Shown here one piece after another: positions 13,111 to 25,850 of a stretch of 64,000 bases of DNA. The stretch is taken from positions 340,534 to 404,533 of the forward strand of contig NMRA01000173.1 in the NCBI GenBank assembly GCA_002633005.1, read 5' to 3'. This DNA comes from Phoronis australis. Its lineage: Eukaryota; Animalia; Phoronida. The number at the start of each line of letters is the position of its first letter. Within the stretch, counting starts at the first letter, position 1. A program made the position numbers and the translations under genes. Below the pieces are notes generated by a model. The model was not told where the DNA came from and searched no databases. It saw only the letters and a list, made by a program, of their open reading frames with translations.

Positions 13111-14821
13111 AACAAGAGCAACGCGAAGCGTTAAAGTGCACCCACGAATGCATCGCAAATGGTGTGCTTTTAGGTTTACTTATTTGTATCATAAAAATGG
13201 CCTCTAGATGGCGCAAAAACGTACAATCCATCCAAAAACGGGAACATGCCATATTTCATAAAAATCTGTTAAGGAACTTCAGAGAAACAAAGGAAAACAG
13301 AACAAAATGAAATTGCCACTTGTAGGCACAGCGTCCATTCCATCTGCTATCTTCATATAAATTCACTTACTAAATTTAATAAAGATCCTGCAATGGGTTT
13401 TGGATATACAGCTATGAGCGAAAAACAAAAATACCCCTAGGAGGCGCCACAGTAGTCAGTCCCCATCATCAAACGTCCTCTTCACACTGAAAACATATAC
13501 GCCAATTTTCAAAACCATCCCTAGAATGATTTGATTGATCGAGGGGTGGACGCCAAAAGCAAGATTTGAAAACAGCAAAAATGGCCATTAGGTGGCGCAA
13601 TATATCTCGATTCCATCCAAAACTGGATGATAGCGTCATCTCACCAATAGATGCCTATATTCAAAATTTTATGAAAATCTGTGGAGGGCCTTTGAAGATA
13701 CAGACTGTCTGGTAAACGTAAAAAACTAAAATTGCCACTAGGGGGTACACCAGTTGTCAGATCCGTCCGAAAGTCGTCGCCGTCCGTTGCCAAAATCATA
13801 TAAATACATTTGCTAAATTAAGTAAAGATCCTGCAAATGGTTAAGGAGATACATCCATGAGCGCAAAAAAACAAAACAGCTACTAGGAGGCGCCACAGTA
13901 GTCAAACTCGTCGGAAAATCATCGTCAGCTGTCCATTTTCTAGTAAAAACATACATGCCAATTTTCACAATTATCCTGAAAGTGGTTTGGTTGATAGACG
14001 AGTGGACGCCAAAAAACAGACTCGAAAACAGTAAAAATGCCCAATAGGTGGTGCAAACTATAGGTCGAATCCATCTGGAAACGGAGAGCTAGCGTCACCT
14101 CATTAACAGATGCCTGTTTGCCAAATTTTATGAAAATACGTTGAGGACCTTTGAACATATAGAGGTAAAAGTAAAAAAAAGAAAATTACCACTAGGTGGC
14201 ACACCAGTCCTCAGATCCGTCCGAAAGTCGTCATGGTTTGTTGTCAACATCATGTAAATACATACTAAATTTGGTAAAGATCCTTTGAACAGTTTAGGAG
14301 ATACAGCCATAGGCGCAAAAAAAACTGCCACTACGAGGTGCCACAGTAGTCGAAATCGTCGGAAAATCATCATCGGCCGTCCACTTCATAGTAATAACAT
14401 ACATGCCAATTTTCACAATCATCCTTTGAGCGGTTTGGTTGAGAAAGGGGTGAACCAAAAAAAACAGACTCGAAAACAGTAACAATAGCCACAAGGTGGC
14501 GCAAACTACGTTGAATCCACCCGAAAACGGCAGGACAGTGTCATCTCGCTAATAGGTGCCCATATACCAAATTTTATGAAAATCCGTTCAAAAACATTTG
14601 AAGATACAGAGGTAAATGTAAAAAACTAAAATTGCCACTAGGGGGCACACCGGTAGTTGAGTCTGTCCAAAAGTTCGCTCATGCCGTCTCATTTACGGAA
14701 GGAACACATGTGAAAAATTTCATGAACATACGTCAAGGCGTTTTGGAGATAGAACAGTGGACGCCGGACAGACGGAGATGACCGCATAATTCGTCCACAT
14801 ATAAATATGTGGGCCCACAGA
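13111..14821 (-). mobile_element. HINE copy B nested inside copy A
   Basis: Starts AACAAGAGCAACGCGAAGCGTT, ends GGACAGACGG...CCACATATAAATATGTGGGC; removing it restores host CAGTA|AAATGGCCACTAGG. Confidence 0.75.
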
Positions 14822-15206
14822 AATGGCCACTAGGTGGTGCAAATTAAGTTGAATCCACCCGAAAACGAGAGGATAGTGTCATCTCACTAATAGATGCCTA
14901 TATTGCAAGTTTTGTGAAAATATGTTGAGGACATCCAAAGATAAAGAGGTAAGCGTAAGAAACTAAAATTGCCACTAGGGGGCAAACTGGAAGTCAGAGG
15001 TCTAAAATTTATCGTCATCCGTCGTCAGCTTGATAGGAACACATCTGCCAAATCTCATCAAGATCCTGTGAGGGGTTCAAGAGATACAGCTGCGGACGCA
15101 GGACTCCTGGACGCCCAGACAGAGATGACAGCAATATGCGACCACATATAAATATGTGGGCGCATAAAAATTGAAACCTGTGTACACAAAGACTTGGTCA
15201 GAAGTG

Positions 15207-15654
15207 GTACTGACCTTATCAGCGTGGGTCATATACTGGAGATGGTGGGTCACTAGAGTCACCATCCTGTTGTACTGACCTTATCAGCGTGGGTCATATA
15301 CTGGAGATGGTGGGTCACTAGTCACTATTCTGTTGTACTGACCTTATCAGCGTGGGTCATATACTGGAGATGGTGGGTCACTAGTCACTATTCTGTTGTA
15401 CTGACCTTATCAGCGTGGGTCATATACTGAAGATGGTGGGTCACTAGTCACCATTCTGTTGTACTGACCTTATCAGCGTGGGTCATATACTGGAGATGGT
15501 GGGTCACTAGTCACCATTCTGTTGTACTGACTTTATCAGCGTGGGTCATATACTGGAGATGGTGAGTCACTAGAATCACAGTCCTGTTGTACTGACCTTA
15601 TCAGCGTGGGCCATATACTGAAGATGGTGAGTCACTAGAATCACAGTCCTGTTG
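15207..15654. repeat. 63-65 bp tandem repeat x7 containing the 3' end and splice donor of exon 15
   Basis: Units begin at 15207, 15272, 15335, 15398, 15461, 15524, 15589. Confidence 0.97.
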
Positions 15655-15734
15655 CGCTGAATAAGAAGTTTGAGTACTCCTTCTTTGAACAGGTGGCGCC
15701 CCGTGTGGACATCTAAGGCCGAGAACGGATCGTC
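15597..15734 (-). CDS. ABCC8/9: SUR-like exon 15 (Walker B, D-loop, H-loop of NBD1)
   Basis: [46 protein letters not shown]; cag/GTCAG; 138 nt. Confidence 0.94.
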
Positions 15735-16395
15735 CTGAAGAAGGAACCACTTGTCTACAGGCTCGTCCCACAATCAACGATTATCACCACAAAATAGTTT
15801 CATTTACCTAAATTGCTTCAGTTTCAACACTTAGCAGCCTTGCCACATTCGTTACAATTTTATACACGAAAAGTAATGAAATTCAACATTTTAAAACTGT
15901 ACTGCCACATAGAGAGTTGTAGCATACACAAGATTACTTTTGAAGCTAAGGCAAAGACTTGTACAAGCACGGCTTGTCTTTATTTCCAAAAGGGAAAACA
16001 CGCTCAACACTGACTGAGGTGCCAATATTGTGTAGCATCTGTTACATTGCTAACCAACCATGACGAGACTATTAAGGACAGACACTATTGTTGTAAGACA
16101 TTATGATTTAGTATATCATTCAAGTCTTTGGGAAATATCACCATTCTGCCCAACCCTAAAAAAGACCAGTTTTTATCCCCGAGATAAACAATATATACAA
16201 ACTAGATTAATGTATTTATGACAATAATTTAAATCAGAACGACCTCTTCTGTGACCATACTGCTTTGAAAGAAGTCCCTTTAATAGTAAACACCATTCTG
16301 ACCATAGTTAGTAAAGCGCCATTAACCAACACTACGCATGACAGAATAATTTGCTTCATTGGTAAGAAGACATACAAGTTGACATTGATCAGTAC

Positions 16396-16476
16396 CATCA
16401 TGATGACGTTGGCATCACTGTACAGGGCACGGGCAACACTGACCCTCTGTTTTTGACCACCACTCAAATTGATTCC
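16396..16476 (-). CDS. ABCC8/9: SUR-like exon 14 (ABC signature)
   Basis: GINLSGGQKQRVSVARALYSDANVIMM; cag/GTACT; 81 nt. Confidence 0.95.
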
Positions 16477-17010
16477 CTGGAAAATAATTAATAGTACACA
16501 TACTACAGAGAGTAGTGCTGGTAGAACTAACATGGAACACAACAATCAGTGAAAGTGAAATGAGAGTTTTAACATTAGTATCACACTGCAATAGCCAAAC
16601 AGTTACTAGTTATAGGTAACTATGACAGTTACTAGTTATAGCTAACTATTATATCTCTGGTCACTGAACCATTCAATTGAGAGCTGAACACACAACCAAA
16701 TTACCAGATTCATCAAACAACACATAACATCAAACTAAGATGACTTGAAAACACGAATAAATAACTGAGTAAGGTCAATAAAGGTAAAAGTTTAAAGGTT
16801 AATCTTACAGCTTTAGTCAATGCTACTTATACATGAGATATTTCTTAAGGGAAATTGACCTTTGCAGATTGAGATTATATCAAATTCGAAGCGTTCACTC
16901 AGTATACAAGACCACACACCCAAAACCCCAAAACAACACATAGTAAATGCTGTGTTACATCAACTGACTTGTTTTATAAAAGCTGCCAATGACCAGATGT
17001 ATTCAAAACA

Positions 17011-19795
17011 AACAAGCGCCTATGGCTGCACCACAAACAGTGTGCTTTTAGGGGTGTTTATTTGGGTCATAAAAATTGCCGTTAGACAGCACAGAATACA
17101 TTGAACCCATCCAAAAATTGGAAGGTGTCGTCGTCTCTCAAACTATTTGCCAAGAAATCCATCAAAGAATTCCAAAGATACATAGGCAAATGTAAACTGT
17201 CATTAGGAGCCACAACGATAGTCAAATCTGTCCATTTGCTGTCAAGTTAATAGGAATACAATCACTCCAAAATTTCAAAAACATCCTGCAAGGAGTTTAG
17301 GTGATACAGCCATACAGGCGAAAAAATGTCACAAGGGGGCACTACAATAGTAGGTCCCGGTTGTAAATGTATGTCAGTCATGCTCTTGTCAGAAGGAACA
17401 CATGTACCAATTTTCATAACGGCCCTCTTTGCAGTTTGGCAGATACAGAAGCAGATGACAAAAATAGACTAAAAAATAATTAAAATGGCCACAAGTTGAT
17501 GCAGAATACGTTGAATCCACCACTAAAAGGAAAGGTGCTGTCGTGTTCATAATAGACAGTTTTGCCAAATTTCATGAAAAAGCTTCAAGGAACTCTGAAG
17601 TTATAGAGGCAAACGTAGAAACACTTCTGCTAAATTTCAGAAATATCTTGCAAAGGGTAAACGAGATACAGCTGTGGATGCAAAGAAATAAAATTGCCAC
17701 TAGGGGGTGCCAGAGTAGTTGAAAAACGTCAGCCTCAAGCTTCTCATCAGGAACACATCTCCATATTTTAATAATAATCTTTCCAGCAGTTTGGTAGATG
17801 GATAGGGGGATGTCAAAGACGTACTAAAAATTTTTAAAATGACTATGGAGTGGTGCAGAATACGTCAAATCTACCCAAAAATGAGAAGGCGTCATCGTCC
17901 CCTTAAGAAAGCTATTAGCAAAATTTCATAATAAAAACAGCCGCTATACGTCAAATGTATCCAAAAACAGGAACCTGGCGATTCTTTTATTGAAACCTAT
18001 TTACTTATTTCATAAAAATCAGCCAAGGAGTTGCAGAGGACAACGAAAAACAACACTGCAACTAATTTGCACAGCAGTAGTCAGATCCATCCAAATGTCA
18101 TCCTAGTATGTTGTCAACTTCATATCAATACACTTGCCAACACAGATCCTGCAAAGGGTTTGGGAGATACAGCCAGTCATTGAAAATTGTCATCAACCAT
18201 CCTCTTCACAGTAACAAACGCAAATTTTCAAATGCATCCTTAGAGTGGTTTGGTTGATAGAGCGACGGACGCCAAAAACAGACTAGAAAACAGTATAAGT
18301 GGCCACTTGATGGCACAAAGTACATTTAATCCAACTGAAAACGGGAACATGTTTCTAAGAGCCACTAGAAGGTGCTGCAGTAGGCGAATTAGCCCGAAAA
18401 TCGAATTGCGCAGGCACACTGTCATCATATACTACTGACTCAAGTTTCATTGACATCTGTGAATCAGTTCTCTAGATATAATCCAGAAATGCTCCTCCGC
18501 ATAACAACACTTGAACTACCGTTGTCGAGAAACAAAATTGTGCCAGCACATGGTCACCATACATAACTATATAGTTTCATTGAAATCCATCAATCACTTC
18601 AACAACTATCATCCGTAAATGTTCTTCCCGAAAATACCAAGTAGGAGATGCTGCAGAAGTCGAATCCATCCGAAAAACAACTGATGCATTGGCATCGTGT
18701 TCCTCAAATCAAGCTTTAAAGAAATCCATCGGATGGTTCTCTTGATATTATCAGGAAACGCTCTTCCCCCAAACAACCCTTAGAAAGCCCTTGTCGATAA
18801 CAAAGTGGCCACTAGGAGGAGCTATTGTAATTGAATTCACCCGAAAACTTAATGTTACCAGCACATTGATATCACACTTTTGTGTTGAGTTTGATTGAAA
18901 TCCATCAACCCATTCTCTAGATATCATCTGGAAACGCTCACACAAAATAGCCACTAGAAGGCACTACAGTAGTCAATTCCGACCCAAAATCAAGTCATGC
19001 CGCCGCAAATTCATATCATACCTCTGTGTCAAGTTTCAATGCAATCCGCCATCAGTTCTCTAGATAACATCCGCAAATGCTCTTTTCCCCTAAACAACAC
19101 TTGAAAAGCCCCTCATCAAGAACAAAATCACCACTAGGAAGTCCTGCAGAGGCCAAATCACCACTAGGAAGTCCTGCAGAGGCCAAATCACCACTTGGAG
19201 GTGCTACAGAGGACAAATCCGCACCAAAATTTATTCGTGCCGGCACACTGACATCACCCACCTTTGTGCGTTTCATTGAAATCCATCGATCCAGAAATGC
19301 TCTTCTTCCAAAATACCAAAAAAAGACATGCCCCTCTGACCCCATGGGACAGGCCACATTAAAAAGTGGCATGAACCGTTCTAGTCATGCCCTTCACCCT
19401 GGTGCCAAATTTGGTCAAAATCCAACCAGGGGTTTTTGAGATATCAAGCAGACACCTGGATGTCCGGACAAAGTGATGACAATATGCGACCACATATATA
19501 CGTGGGCGCATAAAAAATAAAATTGCCACTAGGGAGCACACCGGCAGTGGGATCCATCCGAAAGTCGGGCGCATAAAAAATAAAATTGCCACTAGGGAGC
19601 ACACCGGTAGTGGGATCCATCCGAAAGTTCGCTCATGCAGTTCCATTCATGAAAGGAACACGTGCAAATTTCATGAACATACATCAAAGGGTTTTGGAGA
19701 TAGAGCAGCGGATGACGGACGGACCGGGATAAGGGCATAAAGCACATGTACAACAAAACGTGAACCAAGCAGGATGACTCCATATATGTCTATTA
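17011..19795 (-). mobile_element. Older, diverged HINE copy or copies (C)
   Basis: AACAAGC...GCACCACAAACAGTGTGCTTTTAGGG head, degenerate core monomers, terminus ATATGCGACCACATATATACGTGGGCGCATAAAAAA at about 19481-19517 and GGACGGAC tract at about 19712. Confidence 0.65.
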
Positions 19796-19841
19796 AAACA
19801 AGACCTTTGCCCTGTCAGAATCAATAAGATATTCAATATAC

Positions 19842-19926
19842 CTTCTCTCCAATCTCAGTTTGGTCCCCTGCGACAAGAACATCAATATCTGGTTGAAGAG
19901 CACATGCTGCTATCACCTCTTTGTAC
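19842..19926 (-). CDS. ABCC8/9: SUR-like exon 13
   Basis: [28 protein letters not shown]; cag/GTATA; 85 nt. Confidence 0.95.
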
Positions 19927-20874
19927 CTGAATGAAACACGATGAAATAAAGGAAAAGAGTTTTACAGATTTTTCAACACCAACAACTCAGGTCAAAGATT
20001 TCTAAATGGAAATTTTACCAACGAAAGACAACTTGAGGAAAAGATTCATCAGCAAAATGGATTCCTGAATATTAACCTAACAAAGTGAAGAATGCACCTG
20101 ACAGCAGGGCTAAAATACACAATCCAGCTAGACCTCCAGATCTGATGGTCAGGGTCTGATAATACTATGACCAGAGATCAAATCATGACACTGGACGTAA
20201 ACACATTGTACAACATGAAAACTACAACCAGAGATCAGAGACAAAATCAAGTTGAGCTATGGTTGGGTTCAGTTGATAGGTCAGAGTAATTCAAGTACAC
20301 ACTGCCTCTGCAGACTGGCACACTATATCAGCTCATTCATCTGCATACAATTTGCCTAAACTCCAATTCCACTACGCTAAGCAGAGACAGCTGATCATAA
20401 TTATAAGTCTTTTGTTAACTAAATCAAATAATTTGCAGTGCCCAGCAATTTAATATTAACATTTATTTTGAAGAAAAGTATCATACTCAAAATAAGTTTC
20501 TGAACAGTGGCTGCATTTATAAACACTTGTCATTTTCAATTTAAGGTGAAGGAGGCACTTAATCTTGAAATCTTATGCAATGCAAATATATGTCTTCACA
20601 CTGACATGAATGATTCTTTTAATTTATCTCACAAGGATGAGTTGCAGAAAACTTCAAAACTTATAAGTTTGATTGTTCCACAACATCATATGCATTGTTC
20701 AACAAAAGCATCGTCATAGTAACTACCTGGTGTATAACTTTTATGTAGTGAGGCTGTTAGGGCTTCTTAATATGTACCAGTGTTGTTATTGTTGATGTTT
20801 CATTGGTTAGAATACTTTTAAATTTATGAAACATAACAAATAAAACTAGTCAACTAAAATACGCACAATAGTAC

Positions 20875-20970
20875 CTAGATTTATCCATCGGCTGGCCAAA
20901 TAAGATATTGTCCTGCAAGGATGCATTGAGTAACCATGGCGACTGAGCTGAGTAAGCTATTGTAGCTCTT
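20875..20970 (-). CDS. ABCC8/9: SUR-like exon 12 (Q-loop)
   Basis: RATIAYSAQSPWLLNASLQDNILFGQPMDKSR; cag/GTACT. Confidence 0.94.
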
Positions 20971-21099
20971 CTGGAAACAGATTACATTCAATATTAAACA
21001 TTTTTTGATGCTTTACAATGGCCGTGTAACAATGAAATAGGCAGTTGAGCAAAACAACATGACAGGTACAGCAGTCACATAACAATTATTATAATATTT

Positions 21100-21262
21100 T
21101 GGTATAATGGTCATGGTATAATGGTCATGGTATAATGGTCATGGTATAATGGTCATGGTATAATGGTCATGGTATAATGGTCATGGTATAATGGTCATGG
21201 TATAATGGTCATGGTATAATGGTCATGGTATAATGGTCATGGTATAATGGTCATGGTATCAT
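21100..21262. repeat. 14-bp minisatellite, about 11 copies
   Basis: GGTATAATGGTCAT. Confidence 0.97.
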
Positions 21263-21387
21263 GTTCTTTAATGTAATGAGCCCGATCATTCTATTCAAAT
21301 TACTTTGTGAATTTCTGTTTTTTTGTCTTGACACATACATATTTGCACACAAATATCTTATGAAACTGAGCAATCTGAAATACTTAC

Positions 21388-21493
21388 TTTGACCACTCAA
21401 GGGAGCCCGCGACCAGAGACATCTCATTAAGTAGTGCTAACAACAACGATGACTTGCCACTACCCACCTCACCAACAATCATCACAAAGTTAC
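21388..21493 (-). CDS. ABCC8/9: SUR-like exon 11 (NBD1 Walker A)
   Basis: [35 protein letters not shown]; cag/GTAAG; 106 nt. Confidence 0.95.
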
Positions 21494-22156
21494 CTGTTAA
21501 CATCATGAAGTATGACCTAAAGCTCACATAAGTGCACAGGCGTACCAAGATATCACAGTTTGGGGGGCAAATGATAAATTAATAATAATAATAATAAACT
21601 TTATTTAAAGAGGATAAAATACAATAAATGTAAAACATGCTTTAGCCAAAGGCTAATATGGTCCTCTGCAGCAAGAAATTAAATTAATTAAATTAATTTA
21701 GATAAACAGATTAAATTAAGATACAATAAGATACATTAAATAAAATAGTATTTACAAATTGGATAAACAAATTGAATTAAAGATAAATAAATAAATAAAT
21801 TTGCTCCAAACATATCATTTTACAAAAATCCTCTCTTCTATTTGTACAAGAACACGGGGGGGGGGGCAGCAGTGTACTAGTGCATTCATTTGAAAATGGT
21901 CAAATGGCAATCCTAGCCACATAGTATTAAAATGTCAATCCTAGCCGCATAGTATTAAAATGTCAATCCTAGCCACATAGTATTAAAATGACATGTTTGT
22001 ACCATTAGTGGTTATTGGATGACGCTATCTCAAACCAGACACTTGACACAGCCCCATATTTCAGCTACAAAGTGCTTTTGCTCACAAATTCTGTACACAA
22101 AACTAACCCATAGAAAACATTTCAGGTCTCTATTCAGAACACTTTCCTAACAGATG

Positions 22157-23615
22157 CAGTGTTTGCCGTGGTGGTAAATGGCCAAAACGGGTTCAAAGAT
22201 CGTTGCCTGCCACACGCGAATATGAGAAGTGGGATCCCCTATTGTTCGGATTTCGAAAGGAGCGTGGTGGTGAATGCTCGATGCGGATGTGGAACCTGGC
22301 ACCACATGCGAGCATGGGATGAAATGAGATCCTCCCATCGGGGGGGGGAGACCTTCCCCAGGCAAAATTTGAAAATTAAATGTAATTGGTTGCAGTTTGC
22401 TCATCATAGACAAGACCCTAACCCAAGCATCATGTAGTGGAAGTATCTGGGTAAAGGACACTTCGCAACACAAATTGGCAATGAAGTGTCCGGCATAGTG
22501 TGATCTCTGTCGCACTTGAGTTGAGTACAAAAAAAACAGTGTTAAAATTCAATTATCCACGAAGTGAGAAACATAGAAGAAAAAATATGTGAACTTTGTA
22601 GACGTAATAAACCAATTCGTGTAACGAAACTTCAGTTCATATTGTCTTGCTAAACATAAATCAGTGATACTGGATTGGCGTTGGTCTGGCTGGCGTAGCA
22701 GACGATGTATAATCCAGTCCATGCAGACAAATCTGAGACTGGTTAACATTCAATATTGTCATTTTGGCGCAGGGCTATGGTTGATTAAACAGTTGGATGT
22801 CATGCCCTGCAGTATAATTCACGTCTTTTGTAAACTCGGACACGATAAAATGAATGAAGCAGAAATCTTACTGTTTCTTACTTCATTAGCAAGCCCTGGC
22901 ACTTTCCCATTTTAGAAAATTCATATCGAGGTCGTTGCCTGGTCCCCGGCTGTATTAAGTTTATATGCATTGTCAAATAACCAGGCAGAAACGAGGTACG
23001 AAAGGGAATTGGAGATTGAATGGTTGCGTTTAACGGGGGCACAATTCAAGATCCCATTGTAAAATTATTGTTTTTCCCTTTCGATCCACAAACAGTGTAA
23101 GGTGCCGTGTGACTTGTACTTATTCATTATTACTAGCAATCATTTTTACTAGCAATCATTTTTACTAGTGATCATTTTTATTAGCGATCATTTTTACTTG
23201 CGATTCATTTTACTAGTGATTAAATTACGAGGGATCATTTCTACTAGTGATCATTTTTACTTGCGATTCATTTTACAAGTGATTAATTTACGAGGGATCA
23301 TTTTTACTAGCGATCATTTTTACTTCAGATTCATTTTTACTTGCGATTCATTTTTACTTGCGATTCATTTTACTAGTGATTAATTTACGAGGGATCATTT
23401 TTACTAGTGATCATTTTTACTTGCGATTCATTTCACTAGTGATTAATTTACGAGGGATCAATTTTACTAGCGATCATTTTTACTCGCGATTTTTGCGTGG
23501 CGGTGAAGTTTCCCCATCACGATTAGGTGTGTCAATTTGAGAATGATTTACGAGTGGCGGGGCCAAAAAGAAGCGTGGCGGGCCGCCCAGAAGTTTACAT
23601 GCAGGGGAAACTCTG
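22157..23615. mobile_element. Non-autonomous DNA transposon with CAG...CTG ends and 5-bp TSD
   Basis: AGATG|CAGTGTTTGCC ... GGAAACTCTG|AGATG; contains a minisatellite. Confidence 0.55.
23125..23492. repeat. 16-17 bp minisatellite with higher-order structure inside a transposon
   Basis: GATCATTTTTACTAGC variants. Confidence 0.92.
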
Positions 23616-23768
23616 AGATGTTTGTGAACTAATTTTTGGACCCAGTCTTGTAATTCTAATGGTTTGTATGTCAGGAGCCCCAAATTCATAAGTAAATCAT
23701 GATAAAAAAAACAAAACAAAAAATATTAAGTTTCAGGATTGTAAATTATTTGCTTTTATCTGAATTAC

Positions 23769-23922
23769 CAAATTTAATGTCCAGGTTAATGTTTTTCATG
23801 TAGCAGGCATCATCATTAGTACTCCATTTCAGGGAAGCCTCTCTGACACACACAGCATGGTCCGAGTCCACAGTACTAGGGGCATCTTTAAGTTCTACTT
23901 CCTTTTGTGAAGAGTCAAGATT
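23769..23922 (-). CDS. ABCC8/9: SUR-like exon 10
   Basis: NLDSSQKEVELKDAPSTVDSDHAVCVREASLKWSTNDDACYMKNINLDIKF; cag/GTAAT; phases fit both neighbours. Confidence 0.88.
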
Positions 23923-24224
23923 CTGAAATATTGAATTGATGGCTGCTTGGGTAACAGTGATTAGATGTGAAAAAATACATAAATACTAGGTCATCTGTTA
24001 ACTGATTGATAAGACTATATACTATATATCTAGCAAAATACATAAAACTCTTTAATGCAGGAAGAACACAAATGGAAATTTTTCTTGATACAGTCTCGTG
24101 ACGTTGGCTTTTTGTGCAAGCCTTTTGAACAATGTATCGCACAACAGGGGTAAATTGAAGGCATGATGACTTAGGTCTAGATCATGAACATGGCCATGAA
24201 CATTAACACAATTTAGGGACCAGC

Positions 24225-25431
24225 TTATTACTTGGCGAAATTTATTTATGTTGCTCTGTCACAAAGTTTTTTTTTGTATGTTCGCACGATACAGGTCGCA
24301 ATTTTCGTCCGATCATCACGAAATTTACACATAACACGTACTTCCGGAAGTACTGGAAGCCTATTGTTTTTCGTCAAAATCGGATCCAAGATGGCGGCTG
24401 TGGCGGCCATTTTGTTTTCATTTAAAGGTTCAAATGCTTCTGGAGGCTACAACTTTTTACGTAAAAGGCTAAGAATCGGCACAGCAAATGGACCGGAAGT
24501 TTTCTACAAGTATACCGGAAATTGTTTACTTCCGGTTAAAGATGGCGGAAATATCAGCGATCGCGCATGCACACCTCGATTTTGGCCAAAAAACGTTTTC
24601 TCCTGTAGAGGGCGCATTATAAGACCAATTCCTTCGAATTTTTACAGGTATTAGTTTCTTATGACATGCTATCATACAAAGCCAAAAAACCGGAAGTTGC
24701 TTTCAAGATGGCGGATCTGGCGCATGTTGACCCATTTTCAGTCGTGCTGGAGTGCGATTTTAAACGGGAGGAGAAAATGACGTGATTTTTTGCATGTGCA
24801 TTCTTTGAAGTATATTCTTTCAAATGGCCAATAACAATTTTTTTCTCAGACTTACCGTTTTCGAGTTATTTGACTTTGAATTTCTTAAAAAAAACGCAAA
24901 ATTTCATTTTTTTCGAAAAATTTACGGAATTAGGCGATACCATCAGTTTAGATAGAATTTTGAACAGGCTTTCAGAAGATGTTTTCCATTTTTCGCTAGC
25001 AGGTCTACTTTTCGAGTTATTTGAGATTTTCTGATAACGCTGTTCCTTTGTTGAGCGCTCTTGCTGCATTGATGTTGGTTTATCTTCTATTGAACCTGTA
25101 GCCTATTTCTTATTGATTTATGACACCTAAGTTCGTCATATGAATGTTGTGATGTTGTTCATCATCGCCACCACCATCATCATATTCGTCATCATCGTCA
25201 TCATCTTCGTCATCATCTCCTTCGTTGTCTTTTCCGTTAATTTCGCCAAGTGTCGCTCAAGACTGTAGCCTTTTTCTTACTGATTTCGGACTTCTACGTT
25301 CGTCATGTGTATGTTATTATTACTTCTTTTGTTCATCCTCGCCACCATCGTCGTCATCTTCGTCATCATCTTTATCTTTTTGGTTAATTTCGCCAAGTTT
25401 CGCTCCTCGGAGCACTTTCATTTAAATTGTT
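24225..25431 (+). mobile_element. Second HINE-like family
   Basis: TTATTACTTGGCGAAAT at 5', ATTTCGCCAAGT subterminal IR then GCTCC-TC-GGAGC hairpin and TTGTT at 3'. Confidence 0.6.
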
Positions 25432-25850
25432 CACCCGTATATCACAAATATGCTATTCATACACACACCTATTTTAGGATGCAGGAATAATGCCACAGCA
25501 ACTCCAGTATCTTAATTATTCGTTCATGATAAGAATGAGTCATGCCTCAGTGATACAGGAGTATCACAGAGAACTAAAACCAAATTTAAGTGACAGTAAT
25601 GGGAATAACAGTCGGTCACAACAAAGCATTGACCCCACAACTTGGCAGTTGTGTACCTTTAATGAGAACATTTGGAACCAGACTGGATTTTAGACATTCC
25701 TTATATAAATATCAAACAGCAACCAAATCAGAACTATGGAATGAATATACATTTTCAAAAAACGACACTTGGAACCGAAAGTTTTACACTACAATTAATT
25801 ATAATTAAGTTTAATATTCTATAAACAAAGTAATAAAAGCACACACTTAC

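Larger units (their letters stand above)
9440..15170 (-). mobile_element. Non-autonomous Helentron-like element (HINE, DINE-1/Pearl type), copy A, carrying two nested insertions
   Basis: One end ACAAG + hairpin + ATGTGCCCACA; other end GGAC-like microsatellite then ATATGCGACCACATATAAATATGTGGGCGCATAAAAA (subterminal IR); tandem core of about 145-150 bp between. Confidence 0.75.

Noticed and set aside
15207-15596. Tandem mutually exclusive exons or an extended coding repeat
   Set aside because: Repeat units lack an acceptor and the read-through frame stops within seven codons
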